A stretch of DNA of 64,000 bases. It comes from Leptolyngbyaceae cyanobacterium. Its GTDB lineage: Bacteria > Cyanobacteriota > Cyanobacteriia > Phormidesmidales > Phormidesmidaceae. The position numbers and the translations under genes are program-made. The notes below the pieces were generated by a model that was given only the letters and a program-made list of their open reading frames with translations, had not been told where the DNA came from and made no database searches. How positions within the stretch are numbered: the first letter of the stretch is position 1; each line of letters opens with the position of its first letter. The stretch covers positions 1 to 64,000 of the forward strand of contig CBDHHL010000014.1 in NCBI GenBank assembly GCA_965263355.1, given 5' to 3'. Below, one piece after another: positions 36,805 to 46,256 of this stretch.

Positions 36805-37491
36805 ATGAAAAAAACCTCACAACAAGCGAGCGACATTGTAACTATTATTTTTTGGGTGCTGGCAACGGCTGTTTTGTTAGTCGTTCTATGGATGAATTTA
36901 CAGCCATGGTTCGCCTTAGGCGCTGACTATACGGCAATGATTGATAAAACTCTTTTAATCAGGATTGCTGACTGGCTGGTTGGGGGGAAAGTAGCAAAAG
37001 TAATTGCAGGCATTTTGTTTATTGTGGCAGCTCAGCAATTTAAGAAAAACCCTTGGCTAGCTGCCTGGACTGCAATGTGTGGCATGGTTCTGTTGCTGAA
37101 CCCAAACACTTTAATTTCTGCAATTGGCGAACTTGTCGGCTTCATTTTTTGGAGCTGGATTCAAATTATTCAAGTAGCCCCGATGATTTGCAAGCACAGT
37201 ATTGCAGGATCAAATCGTGAGTGGCTGCGGACTCTTAGAAACTATCGCAATGCTGCATATTGCATTGAAGCGATCGCGTGTTTCATTAAGTATCCTCCAT
37301 ACGCTGGCGGTGATGTTAGTCGGCTATTAAGCGATTTAACGAATGGGTTTTTCCTAGACCCTGACCTTTGGAGCTGGCCTAATTTCTTTTGGGCGATCGC
37401 AACAATGGCCGCTGTCGAACTAACTATTCACTTCTTACTTAAGGCTGCTGTAGCTGTACGGGTTACACGGGTTATGGGGGCAGTAGCATGA
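36805..37491 (+). CDS. multi-pass membrane protein
   Basis: Five or more hydrophobic helices; ATGA-coupled to the ATPase gene. Confidence 0.7.
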   Translation: MKKTSQQASDIVTIIFWVLATAVLLVVLWMNLQPWFALGADYTAMIDKTLLIRIADWLVGGKVAKVIAGILFIVAAQQFKKNPWLAAWTAMCGMVLLLNPNTLISAIGELVGFIFWSWIQIIQVAPMICKHSIAGSNREWLRTLRNYRNAAYCIEAIACFIKYPPYAGGDVSRLLSDLTNGFFLDPDLWSWPNFFWAIATMAAVELTIHFLLKAAVAVRVTRVMGAVA

Positions 37492-39143
37492 GCGAGATCG
37501 TGAAGTTTAGGGACTCTATTCAGTTTGAAGATGACTTAAACTCCCCAACCTTGGGGAATGTAATCAAAGACGACACGATATTGATGGGCACATGGGCATC
37601 TTTAGCTATTGGCTCATTCCTATATCTGCAACCTTTTGGGCTTATATCGTTGATTGCGTTGGCCTATTTAGGCTATCGAGATGTCAGGGCAACATCTAAA
37701 AAGCAAGCCGATAATGATGCCAAGGAAGAAAAGCATGAGTTAGCTCAGGCGATCATTGAGCAAGAAGAGGAAACTCTGATAAGTAAATTTGAGAAATTGC
37801 AGACAGAACTGCAATATGCCGATAAGCCCGTAATAGAAATAGAACCGCAATTTGTTGATAACCCATGGGTTAAAAAAAACTTAGGGAAGTATGAAGGGGA
37901 TGTATACGCTTCCCCTGAGGACAAAGCAAACGACCAGGTAGCCCAGGCTAGGTTTAGAGCCCCTAATGTTAGTGAGCTATTGCAGCTCCCTATAGCTGAA
38001 AGGGCTGAAAGCTTATTAGAATCACTAGCATTGTCTGGATGCGACCTGAGAGACTTATTGCATGATTCAATTGTGGCGGTCACTGGCGAACAGCAATCTG
38101 GGAAGTCAACACTATTAGTTATCTTGTCAATTTTTGAGACTGCGTTGCTGGACAAGAAAGTCCATTACGCGACTACGGATAGCGATGTTTATCCGTTTAA
38201 GTTCGCATCTGTTGTAGATTCGGTTGAAGGTTACCGGGATGAAGTGAAAACGGTTTCACAGTTGACCAAGGGCAAGGCATCTGATCAGTCTTGGCTGTTT
38301 GATGAGTTGACTAGGCAAGACCGTGAGACGATTTCACAACCTTTATGGAACCAATTATTGACCGGATTTGTTAAGACCAGAGCACATGCCCGGTTAGTTA
38401 TTCACGGCAAAACTCTGCCAGCCATGGGCGTTCCTAACGGTTTCAATGAGCAAGCCAAGCAGGAGGCGACTATTTTAAGAGCTAAGCGTATGTCTGAAAC
38501 TGTAGCCGTTAGCGAACGGCGTAAATTAGCCCATGGAGGTCGCTACCCCAGCGGGCAATATACATACTTAGAAATGGACTCAGATAATAAACTTAGCGAT
38601 TCAAAAGACACCTTAACTTTGCCTGACTGGTTGCAATTCGAACTTAATGATGAAGGTTTGCCGTGTTATGTGAGATCGGTGCTGGCATATTTCCCTGAAT
38701 TACAGGGGCAAGTCGAACCACGGTCTTGTCAAGCAGTTGCAGCGGTTCCCGTCGCTGATAACTCTATTGATTCGGCTAGACAGCAGTTAACCGCTCTTTG
38801 GGAAGGGGCCACAACCATTGCGCATCCCAGCAAAGACGAGATTGACTTAGAAGAAAAAGAAATTTGTGAAAATACTGAACGATTCGCCTATGTGGTCGTA
38901 AAGTATTTAAGCGATAGGCAGCTTAATAAAACAACGTTGGCCCAGCTCCTAGCTAATTGTTATGAGCTGAAAAAGCATCTAAAGCTGAACAGCCATGATG
39001 AAAACATCAGGGCCAAAGGTCGTGAGACTGCGAAGATCCTAACTAAAAAAGCTGGCAAACTTAATCTATTAAAGATTGAAGAACGCGGCCAAAGCATTAA
39101 TATTTGGCCGCCAGATGAACCGCTGTTTGGAGTCGCCAGATGA
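37488..39143 (+). CDS. membrane-anchored P-loop ATPase (FtsK/HerA/coupling-protein-like) with possible C-terminal winged helix
   Basis: Two N-terminal TM helices, Walker A GEQQSGKST, Walker B WLFDE. Confidence 0.75.
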   Translation: MSEIVKFRDSIQFEDDLNSPTLGNVIKDDTILMGTWASLAIGSFLYLQPFGLISLIALAYLGYRDVRATSKKQADNDAKEEKHELAQAIIEQEEETLISKFEKLQTELQYADKPVIEIEPQFVDNPWVKKNLGKYEGDVYASPEDKANDQVAQARFRAPNVSELLQLPIAERAESLLESLALSGCDLRDLLHDSIVAVTGEQQSGKSTLLVILSIFETALLDKKVHYATTDSDVYPFKFASVVDSVEGYRDEVKTVSQLTKGKASDQSWLFDELTRQDRETISQPLWNQLLTGFVKTRAHARLVIHGKTLPAMGVPNGFNEQAKQEATILRAKRMSETVAVSERRKLAHGGRYPSGQYTYLEMDSDNKLSDSKDTLTLPDWLQFELNDEGLPCYVRSVLAYFPELQGQVEPRSCQAVAAVPVADNSIDSARQQLTALWEGATTIAHPSKDEIDLEEKEICENTERFAYVVVKYLSDRQLNKTTLAQLLANCYELKKHLKLNSHDENIRAKGRETAKILTKKAGKLNLLKIEERGQSINIWPPDEPLFGVAR

Positions 39144-39177
39144 GGCCAAACAAAAATGATGAAACGCATGCGAGGCG

Positions 39178-39396
39178 ATGATTAAAATGGATATTTTCTT
39201 AGTTGGCTTAATAGCCATGGCTATCATGGCGATAGAAAATATCGTTACTTCTGGCGTTAGTAGAAGGCAAAATAAAAAAATTGCTTTCTTAAAAGAAGAA
39301 GTTGACGAACTAAACAAACAAGTAAACATTCTCAAAAATCAAGCCAAACGATTGGAGATTTTAGAGGAGATTGTAGTCAATCGTGAAAATATTTAA
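39178..39396 (+). CDS. small membrane-anchored coiled-coil protein
   Basis: TM segment plus heptad repeat. Confidence 0.5.
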   Translation: MIKMDIFLVGLIAMAIMAIENIVTSGVSRRQNKKIAFLKEEVDELNKQVNILKNQAKRLEILEEIVVNRENI

Positions 39397-39823
39397 CTCT
39401 AATCGCACTGGCCATGTTACAGCCGCGATCGCTGTCGGTTGCGGCTTGGCTGGAGGTGCAATCGTTCTAAACTTGCCTTGGCAATTTTTCGTTACTGCCG
39501 CAACTATCCCACTGTGGGAACTATGGGGAACATGCGACAATGATGTAAACTCTAGAAGTCTTAAAAAAGGCCGTTGGTATCGTCGTTTTTGGGTGTGGTG
39601 GTGGAAGAACTACGCCCTAACCGTTGCGCATCGTTCAAGGTTTAGTCATTCAATTATTCCTGGAACAATCATCAGATTGATTGTTAGTGGCTGGGTTTTC
39701 TTTTTAGTGTGCAAACCTGGCCTATTAATTGCATTGTCTGTCTTGGCTGGATGCGTGATAGCGGATTGTGTTCATATGCTTAAAGATGGATACTGGCCTC
39801 AAGAAATTTTATTCGGGAGATGA
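39383..39823 (+). CDS. DUF2227-like putative metal-binding membrane protein
   Basis: GH, CDND, AHRSRFSHS..PGT..R and DCVH..KD motifs. Confidence 0.7.
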   Translation: MKIFNSNRTGHVTAAIAVGCGLAGGAIVLNLPWQFFVTAATIPLWELWGTCDNDVNSRSLKKGRWYRRFWVWWWKNYALTVAHRSRFSHSIIPGTIIRLIVSGWVFFLVCKPGLLIALSVLAGCVIADCVHMLKDGYWPQEILFGR

Positions 39824-40666
39824 AATAATGAAAGATTTTTTGCTTGGTTTTTGGATGATTCAATTTAGTTTTTATAACTGGCGTACTCTTTATTTTAAGA
39901 ATCAGTTTAATCAGCCATTTTGGAATAATTTGAACGGGGAAGGATAATGACACCTATTTTCTTGAATTCGAATTCAATTAAGCTCATGGCTGAATGCCGT
40001 GATGCTGCTGAAAGAATCGTCTACAGACTGGATGAATGCGACATCGCAAATCGCACCAAAGAAAAAGATCAACAGGTGCATGAAGTGATGTTGGCTTTAT
40101 TCAACGCGCAAATCAACAAAAACAAATAATTCACAGCAACCGCCCACGATCGCACCGTCTGACCGAATACAAAGCCAGTCGCCACCACTGCCGACAAACC
40201 AGAATAAGTCTTTTTTAAGAAACCTGCATTGCCTGATTATCCTGTGGCGATGCAGGTTACTTTTTGCGATTACCTGTGGCATTTGAAAATTTCGCTTTCT
40301 TGCCAGTGGAGTGATTGACCCAAAAATAACGGCTGAACAAGTCCCAGCCCCCGATAATAAAACCATCCTGTAAAATTCCATCATCTGAATAAGCAGGCTT
40401 GCCTAGTTCAGCCAAAGCCCATGTGTTGATAGATTTTTGAGCTGGAATACTGATACGCCGATCCCGGCGAAGAACTTCGTTGGCCTTATTCAATGCGATC
40501 GCTTTTGCTAATTGATTAAACATCAGTAGTAGTTAATGCACGACTGTTAAAGCATTCACAATTTTGACCGCAACATCCGGATTTGTATTTTGCATGACAA
40601 TCATTACCAGTGCCAAAATTAAAAAACTAGGCTAATATCCAAGCAAAGCCGTCAATTACTATTTGG

Positions 40667-41926
40667 ATGCAATCAGTAGTTTTCTGGAATGGTTTTATGA
40701 AGGGTGCGAGTGAGATCGTGCCCCATCTCCCACCCGGCAAAGATATTTACGCTTTTGCCGAAGTCCAAGCAGGCGAAGATATAAGTTGGCTCGAAGAACT
40801 TCATAAGCTTTCCGGCAGGCACTATGAAGCATTTACCCAGCCATATCGCAACCAAGCACTGGCGATATATGTTGCCGACACAGTTAAAGTTTTAGAGCAT
40901 AGAGAACTCAATAACGTTAACTGCGACGGTAAAGGCAGAGCCAGTATTGCACTGCACTTAAAGCCTGAAGTTGGAGACGATTTCTGGATTGTTGTTGTTC
41001 ACTTGCGTCGCCGCAATCGAATGGCAAGGGCTTGTGAGGCGGTCAGACTTAGAAATTGGATGCTGACTAAGCCGCGAGTGGTTGCAATTGGCGACTTTAA
41101 TTTAGATATTGAGAGCAGGGAAGGCGGCAGTCGTGACCCTGCTTTTTACAAGCTTGTTGGAGGGGATATTGATTGGATTCGTCCCCAAAATAGAGAGCAG
41201 CCCACGCATTGTTCCCGGCATAGATCGTTATTGGATCTAGTTTTTGTGCGTGGGTTGCAGGGGACTGCACAAACCAGCGATATCCCGTGTAACAAGGCCA
41301 AAAATCCATCAGATCATCGGTGGATCGAGTTTAACCTAGAAGGTAAGAACATGGGCAAAACTAAAAATTATGGTGGTGGTTATTCTACTCACCAGCGTAT
41401 TGGCAACCTTGAAAATATGTTCGGTGAGCTTCGAGATATTCTTGAAGACTTTAAGCAAAAACCAAGTGAACAAAAGAGTGAACCAGGGTTCGACTGGAAA
41501 GAACTTCCCTTGTTAGCTTGGCTATATGTTCAAGCTGCTTTTGGCGCAGCGATTAAAATTATCCAGTCTATCGCCGTTGCAGCGCTTGAACTAGGCCGCA
41601 CAGTTGCCAGCATTTTAGGTTTCACGGTTTTCTTATTGGCTGGATTGTTCGTTCTAATCACAGGAAGCAAGTACGTTCAATATGGCCTAGGACGTTTAGG
41701 GATTATTAACCATGCAGACTCAGACCAACCAGACCCGCCAAACTATGCAGCCGAAACCGCAGGAGATGCGACTGCTGCTGTTGTTGAATGGACTACTGGG
41801 CTTGGTGTTTATGGCAGTGACCGCGATCGTAGTCGAACAGCTGGGAACGATGAAAACGCAAGCTCAGGAATGGCTGAGGAACCGCGTAATGTCGAAATCT
41901 CAGGACTAAAAGAAGATCTTTCCTAA
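40667..41926 (+). CDS. endonuclease/exonuclease/phosphatase (EEP) domain fused to a membrane-anchored C-terminal region
   Basis: WN, AEV, VVHL, IGDFN, LDLVF, SDH; TM helix ILGFTVFLLAGLFVLI. Confidence 0.8.
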   Translation: MQSVVFWNGFMKGASEIVPHLPPGKDIYAFAEVQAGEDISWLEELHKLSGRHYEAFTQPYRNQALAIYVADTVKVLEHRELNNVNCDGKGRASIALHLKPEVGDDFWIVVVHLRRRNRMARACEAVRLRNWMLTKPRVVAIGDFNLDIESREGGSRDPAFYKLVGGDIDWIRPQNREQPTHCSRHRSLLDLVFVRGLQGTAQTSDIPCNKAKNPSDHRWIEFNLEGKNMGKTKNYGGGYSTHQRIGNLENMFGELRDILEDFKQKPSEQKSEPGFDWKELPLLAWLYVQAAFGAAIKIIQSIAVAALELGRTVASILGFTVFLLAGLFVLITGSKYVQYGLGRLGIINHADSDQPDPPNYAAETAGDATAAVVEWTTGLGVYGSDRDRSRTAGNDENASSGMAEEPRNVEISGLKEDLS

Positions 41927-41989
41927 GTTTTACCAGGGAGTCTAGATCATGGCTTGCTATTCTTATGAGTAGCAAGCTTTTTTTTTGCC

Positions 41990-42280
41990 ATGAAATACCG
42001 AATAATACAAAAAGGAAATAGAGAATACAGAATTCAAATAAGATCTACCTGGATAGTTTTCATTAAACTTTTCTTTACAATTTTTACTGGTGGGTTTGCT
42101 TGGATTGCTTGGTGCTTAGCAAGCGATACAGGGTTTTTAGAGTTTTGGGAACCCTACGAAGACTTAGAAACCGCTGAAGATTACGAGCAAGCATATGAGA
42201 GGTTGCTCTATATTCGTGAGTTTCAAAACAACGAGATGCGGGTTAGACAAGCAAGGTATTTTGATTCCAATGAGCCATAA
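41990..42280 (+). CDS. small membrane protein
   Basis: ATG ORF with one TM segment. Confidence 0.5.
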   Translation: MKYRIIQKGNREYRIQIRSTWIVFIKLFFTIFTGGFAWIAWCLASDTGFLEFWEPYEDLETAEDYEQAYERLLYIREFQNNEMRVRQARYFDSNEP

Positions 42281-42325
42281 TTGTATTGGTTCGCTACTCC
42301 TGAATGTTGTCTCTCTTTTAAGAGC

Positions 42326-42820
42326 ATGAAGAAATTTCTTTCACTTATTCCGTTAGCTTGTTTAGGCATTGCGTATGCCGCATCAAATGCCAGAGCTGCA
42401 GTAATAACACAAGCGACGGCTACCTTCGATTGCTATTACGTTGGATTTGACACTGTTGGGTCTTTAGAGATCAGAACCGACTATCCACTGGGCCACATCG
42501 CCCGCGCAGAAGCAATTGTTAATTTCAAATTCTTTGATGATCCGCCTGTCAATATTTCAATCGGAGACGAAAGTTCAACTGTCTTTTTCCGTCGAAACTA
42601 TGTCAGTTTAGATATCCCCCTCGAAGGTGACGAGCCACTAGATAGAGCACAGGAAGCAGAGCTTGTTTATTCTCGTATATCTGGCATTGGCCGTGATGAT
42701 CTTGGATTCCCAACAGTCTATCAAGATATCCCTCTAACTCCATTTGGCTATGTCGGTGGTGTTGTCGAAAAATGCCATGAATTAGGCCAATTACCCAAAG
42801 CAAAAAATAAGTGTTCGTAG
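42326..42820 (+). CDS. exported protein
   Basis: Signal peptide MKKFLSLIPLACLGIAYAASNARA. Confidence 0.6.
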   Translation: MKKFLSLIPLACLGIAYAASNARAAVITQATATFDCYYVGFDTVGSLEIRTDYPLGHIARAEAIVNFKFFDDPPVNISIGDESSTVFFRRNYVSLDIPLEGDEPLDRAQEAELVYSRISGIGRDDLGFPTVYQDIPLTPFGYVGGVVEKCHELGQLPKAKNKCS

Positions 42821-42828
42821 GTGGAATC

Positions 42829-44019
42829 ATGAAGAAGAGATATTTTTTAAGCGCGATCGCTTTATTAGGCTTAGGTGCTCCGGTTGCAGTGAGTCAGGTT
42901 TGCGACCAATTTACATTGACTGGGCCAAACTCAGGGGTTCAAGTGTTGGGTGACCTATGCCCTGATGGGTCCATCCAAAATGGACAAGTATTGAAGCCAG
43001 ACGGCTCTAACATGGCAGCTGGTGAGACCATTACTTACACCGGCCCTGGTGGAGTGGCTAGTACATCAACTCATGATACGACGCCCAGCCTGCCAAGGCA
43101 TTGGGAAGAGCTTGCAGGCTTCCCGCCCCCGTCAGTATCTGAGCTTTCGTTTGGAACGCCAACTCATGATCAGATTATTGGCCATGGGGATCTGAATGAA
43201 TCCGTTTTCGGTGAGACCATCTTTTTTAGAAAAGACAATGTTCTTTTCGCTCAAATCCTTGAAGATGTAGTTCTTCCTCAGCCCACTGGGGGTCTTACTG
43301 ACGGCGTTTACGTTGTCAACGATATCGGCCATGGCAGTATCGCGGCTTTTTTCAATGGCGCGCTATCCTCAGATACCCAGATTAAGGGTTTTGGAGGTGA
43401 GTTCAGTGACCTGATCTCAACCTGGACCCCTAGTTCTGGTAGCCTGACGTATCACGAATTAGGAGTTACCAGCAATAAGTGGATTGCAAATTCAGATACT
43501 ACGCAATCACTAGGAACTGTCCTTCGAAAGAATGGCAGAGAAGTAAACTCAATTGACCTTGATGCAATCGGATTTGTCGGCTCAGACTTTTATCTTTTTT
43601 CTGAGTCTGATAAATACTTGGTTGTAGTTGATGACAACTACAATGTTGAGCGCATCTCGACGATTCCAGGCAAGTACTTTAATGGCCCTGGTACATTCAC
43701 GGCCATCATTCAAGGTGACTTTGATTCTGACGGTCAAGCAAACGATTTTGCATCTGTGTTCAGAATCACCACTAGTGGCAACTCAAAGTACAGGTTTGAG
43801 ATGTTCGAATATGATTTATCCTCTAATTCGTATTCGAATATTGCAGACATCACAACTGACCTACTGTCAGGTGCCCCCCATCCTGAAGATTCACTGTCGG
43901 GCTATGGCAATAGCATTGCTTTGTCCCGTCGCCGCAATGACGGTAACCAGCGGATGTACTACTGGAAAGTGGATGCCGTTGGTGGTAGCGTCTACTCAAG
44001 AAACTATCCAACGAACTAA
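42829..44019 (+). CDS. exported beta-rich protein
   Basis: Signal peptide MKKRYFLSAIALLGLGAPVAVS; GDFDSDG FG-GAP-like motif. Confidence 0.7.
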   Translation: MKKRYFLSAIALLGLGAPVAVSQVCDQFTLTGPNSGVQVLGDLCPDGSIQNGQVLKPDGSNMAAGETITYTGPGGVASTSTHDTTPSLPRHWEELAGFPPPSVSELSFGTPTHDQIIGHGDLNESVFGETIFFRKDNVLFAQILEDVVLPQPTGGLTDGVYVVNDIGHGSIAAFFNGALSSDTQIKGFGGEFSDLISTWTPSSGSLTYHELGVTSNKWIANSDTTQSLGTVLRKNGREVNSIDLDAIGFVGSDFYLFSESDKYLVVVDDNYNVERISTIPGKYFNGPGTFTAIIQGDFDSDGQANDFASVFRITTSGNSKYRFEMFEYDLSSNSYSNIADITTDLLSGAPHPEDSLSGYGNSIALSRRRNDGNQRMYYWKVDAVGGSVYSRNYPTN

Positions 44020-44022
44020 ATA

Positions 44023-45216
44023 ATGATTTTCAAAGCCTACATCGGGCTTTTTGCTTTGTTGTCTACACTCTGCAATCCGTGGGGCACAGACGACGAAGCA
44101 ATTTTTTTATGGCCCAAACTTGTAATTCTGTTCTTGATTGCTGCATTAAATCAGTATTCAATCACTAAAGCTAACTCTCGAATTATCTGGCACTGGATAA
44201 TCGGCTGGTTCCCCTGGTTGGCATGTGCATCAATTTCAACTTGGTTCGCGATAGTGCCTCATTACAGTGTCCTTGGTTACTACGGAAAAGCTTGCGGGCT
44301 TCTTTGGTGGATAACCGTGGCTGTGTTTTTTTTGTTTAACAGACTAATCCTTAAAGAACGACCCGAACTATTCCAAGCTCAACTAACGGGTTTCCATATT
44401 GGAGGGGTAATTAATGCAGCCGCTGGCCTCACTCAATGGGTACTTCACTTTTTTGGCATCGGGTTTGAACAGTATCCCATGCATGGGCTGTTCGGAAACT
44501 TTGGCGCATATGCCGGGTTTATGCTGATGTGCTGCGCCGTTGCTGCTCAGTACAAAGCCAATAAATGGCTATTGGTTCTTTATACGATTGCCACACTGAA
44601 TACTGGCGTGAGAATAGCCATGCTGGGGGCCGTTATTTGCAACTTGGTAGCTATTGGCTGGAAGCGAAGTATCCCCATAGTGCTATCGGCACTGGTCTTT
44701 ATTGGACTTGTTACAAACAATAAGCAAGTTGGGGAGACAGCATCGCCCCATACTCCAGTGATGGCGCAGATCAGACGGATCAGTTCAAATCGAACCTACT
44801 ATTGGGCTAGGGCATTCAGATATGCTCAGCGATCGCCTTTGATTGGCTACGGGTTCAATGGCTTGAATCTTCAAAAAGCGTTTCGTCAATGCCGCGAAGT
44901 GGGCATACTTCAATATTCGCGGTGGTCGTATCAATGCTCGGACGGCGCTTTCCCTGATGAAGATACTAAGCATTCGTATAATATTTGGCTCGACAGGCTA
45001 ATAGAAACAGGCTTCCTAGGCTTGCTAGCTTATGGCTGGCTATGGGCTTGGTTGCTCTGGACTATTCGCGGTAGGGTGCTTTTGGTGTGGTCTATTTTTT
45101 TGCTGTGGTCTATTTTTTGGTACGACGCAGCCGCATTTAGTTGGATAATATTTTGGATTTTTAGCAATGGCGAATCTTTCAGACGTTCCAAACGAACGGC
45201 AAGAACTAGCCCTTAA
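44023..45216 (+). CDS. O-antigen ligase family (Wzy_C/WaaL-like) membrane protein
   Basis: About 10 TM helices, GLFGN, R..YW..A....PLIGYG, HSYN..LD.L.ETG..G. Confidence 0.8.
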   Translation: MIFKAYIGLFALLSTLCNPWGTDDEAIFLWPKLVILFLIAALNQYSITKANSRIIWHWIIGWFPWLACASISTWFAIVPHYSVLGYYGKACGLLWWITVAVFFLFNRLILKERPELFQAQLTGFHIGGVINAAAGLTQWVLHFFGIGFEQYPMHGLFGNFGAYAGFMLMCCAVAAQYKANKWLLVLYTIATLNTGVRIAMLGAVICNLVAIGWKRSIPIVLSALVFIGLVTNNKQVGETASPHTPVMAQIRRISSNRTYYWARAFRYAQRSPLIGYGFNGLNLQKAFRQCREVGILQYSRWSYQCSDGAFPDEDTKHSYNIWLDRLIETGFLGLLAYGWLWAWLLWTIRGRVLLVWSIFLLWSIFWYDAAAFSWIIFWIFSNGESFRRSKRTARTSP

Positions 45217-45373
45217 GCTGGGCTATCGGTTTGATCTTAAAACGGGAGAATATCTCGGCAGATATCGAAAAGGCGTATTTCAGCCCCCTGATGAAATGCC
45301 GCTGCCAGAATTCCCTGAGGCAGCACTGAAAAGCGGAAAGCCAACGGGAAGGCATCTTAAGGTTTTAACTTGA
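45167..45373 (+). CDS. small hypothetical protein
   Basis: ATG ORF followed by a terminator. Confidence 0.45.
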   Translation: MANLSDVPNERQELALKLGYRFDLKTGEYLGRYRKGVFQPPDEMPLPEFPEAALKSGKPTGRHLKVLT

Positions 45374-45390
45374 TTGACAATACAAACCAT

Positions 45391-45423
45391 GAAACCGCTG
45401 CTTTTACGAGTAGCGGTTTTTTG
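45391..45423 (+). terminator. intrinsic terminator
   Basis: AAACCGCTGC...GTAGCGGTTTTTT. Confidence 0.65.
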
Positions 45424-45496
45424 TTGGAAGACCCCTCTTCCAACCGCAAGTTAAACTGTGCTAGGGTGGGGTCTAACCTTTAGAAGATAAAGACCA

Positions 45497-45700
45497 ATGC
45501 CAAGAAAAAGAATAGGCGTCGCCCAGTGGGGGTGTTCGCTGCCAGAAGAAGCCAGAGAAAGTCTCAAGGAAGTACTCAGAAACCTTGGCTGCCTATACAA
45601 TGGGCAGCCAAGCTTAGGGGTTTTCCTAACAAGGATATGGAAAGGCGAACTAGTCATCTCAAAAAAAATTGAGATCCCCCTTGACGGGAATAACCTTTAG
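45497..45700 (+). CDS. small putative DNA-binding protein flanked by 13-bp direct repeats
   Basis: Basic N-terminus; TAACCTTTAGAAG at 45474 and 45691. Confidence 0.55.
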   Translation: MPRKRIGVAQWGCSLPEEARESLKEVLRNLGCLYNGQPSLGVFLTRIWKGELVISKKIEIPLDGNNL

Positions 45701-45741
45701 AAGTTATAACTGAACCAGTTAAAGGCAAGGAGCCGAAAGAA

Positions 45742-46011
45742 ATGACTACTCAATCATTAGTTTTGGAAGCAAGACAATATTTTTCAGAAAGCCATATCGA
45801 TATCGAGTCCTTGATTTCCAGTATTGAACGGCTTGTGGCCGATAAAGACTGGGAAAATGTACCTGATACAGACGGCGAATATGGATATGAATCCTGGGTT
45901 GAACTGTCCTATGGACAGCCAGGGGATTTAGAGCCTGAGCCGGTCGTTGTTTTTTGCACTTGCAGTAATGAACCAGGGGCCATTACTGCAAAAACCTATA
46001 GGTACCTGTAA
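45742..46011 (+). CDS. small acidic hypothetical protein
   Basis: TTGACG-18-TATAAC promoter and AGGAG RBS upstream. Confidence 0.6.
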   Translation: MTTQSLVLEARQYFSESHIDIESLISSIERLVADKDWENVPDTDGEYGYESWVELSYGQPGDLEPEPVVVFCTCSNEPGAITAKTYRYL

Positions 46012-46013
46012 GG

Positions 46014-46238
46014 ATGATTATGGATAATACACCTGAATTACGAAAGCGCATCACCCGTGCAGCTGCCACTTGCTTCCATTGTCAATCTTGGCAGATTGAC
46101 GCTATCTATAGTGATGGCGAATGGTATTTGTACGTTGCTGACGTGGCCGCAGGCACAACGGGAGAGCCCGAGCTAATCAAGTATAGGGTAGTCGAGAGTG
46201 ATGAGCGTATCGCGTTTGAACTTACTGAAACTACCTGA
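46014..46238 (+). CDS. small hypothetical protein
   Basis: Coupled to the upstream gene. Confidence 0.5.
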   Translation: MIMDNTPELRKRITRAAATCFHCQSWQIDAIYSDGEWYLYVADVAAGTTGEPELIKYRVVESDERIAFELTETT

Positions 46239-46256
46239 GGACATAATTACTATGCA

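Noticed and set aside
45712..45725. Target for the orphan omega-RNA guide
   Set aside because: Only about 8 nt (TTAACTGG) match, expected by chance
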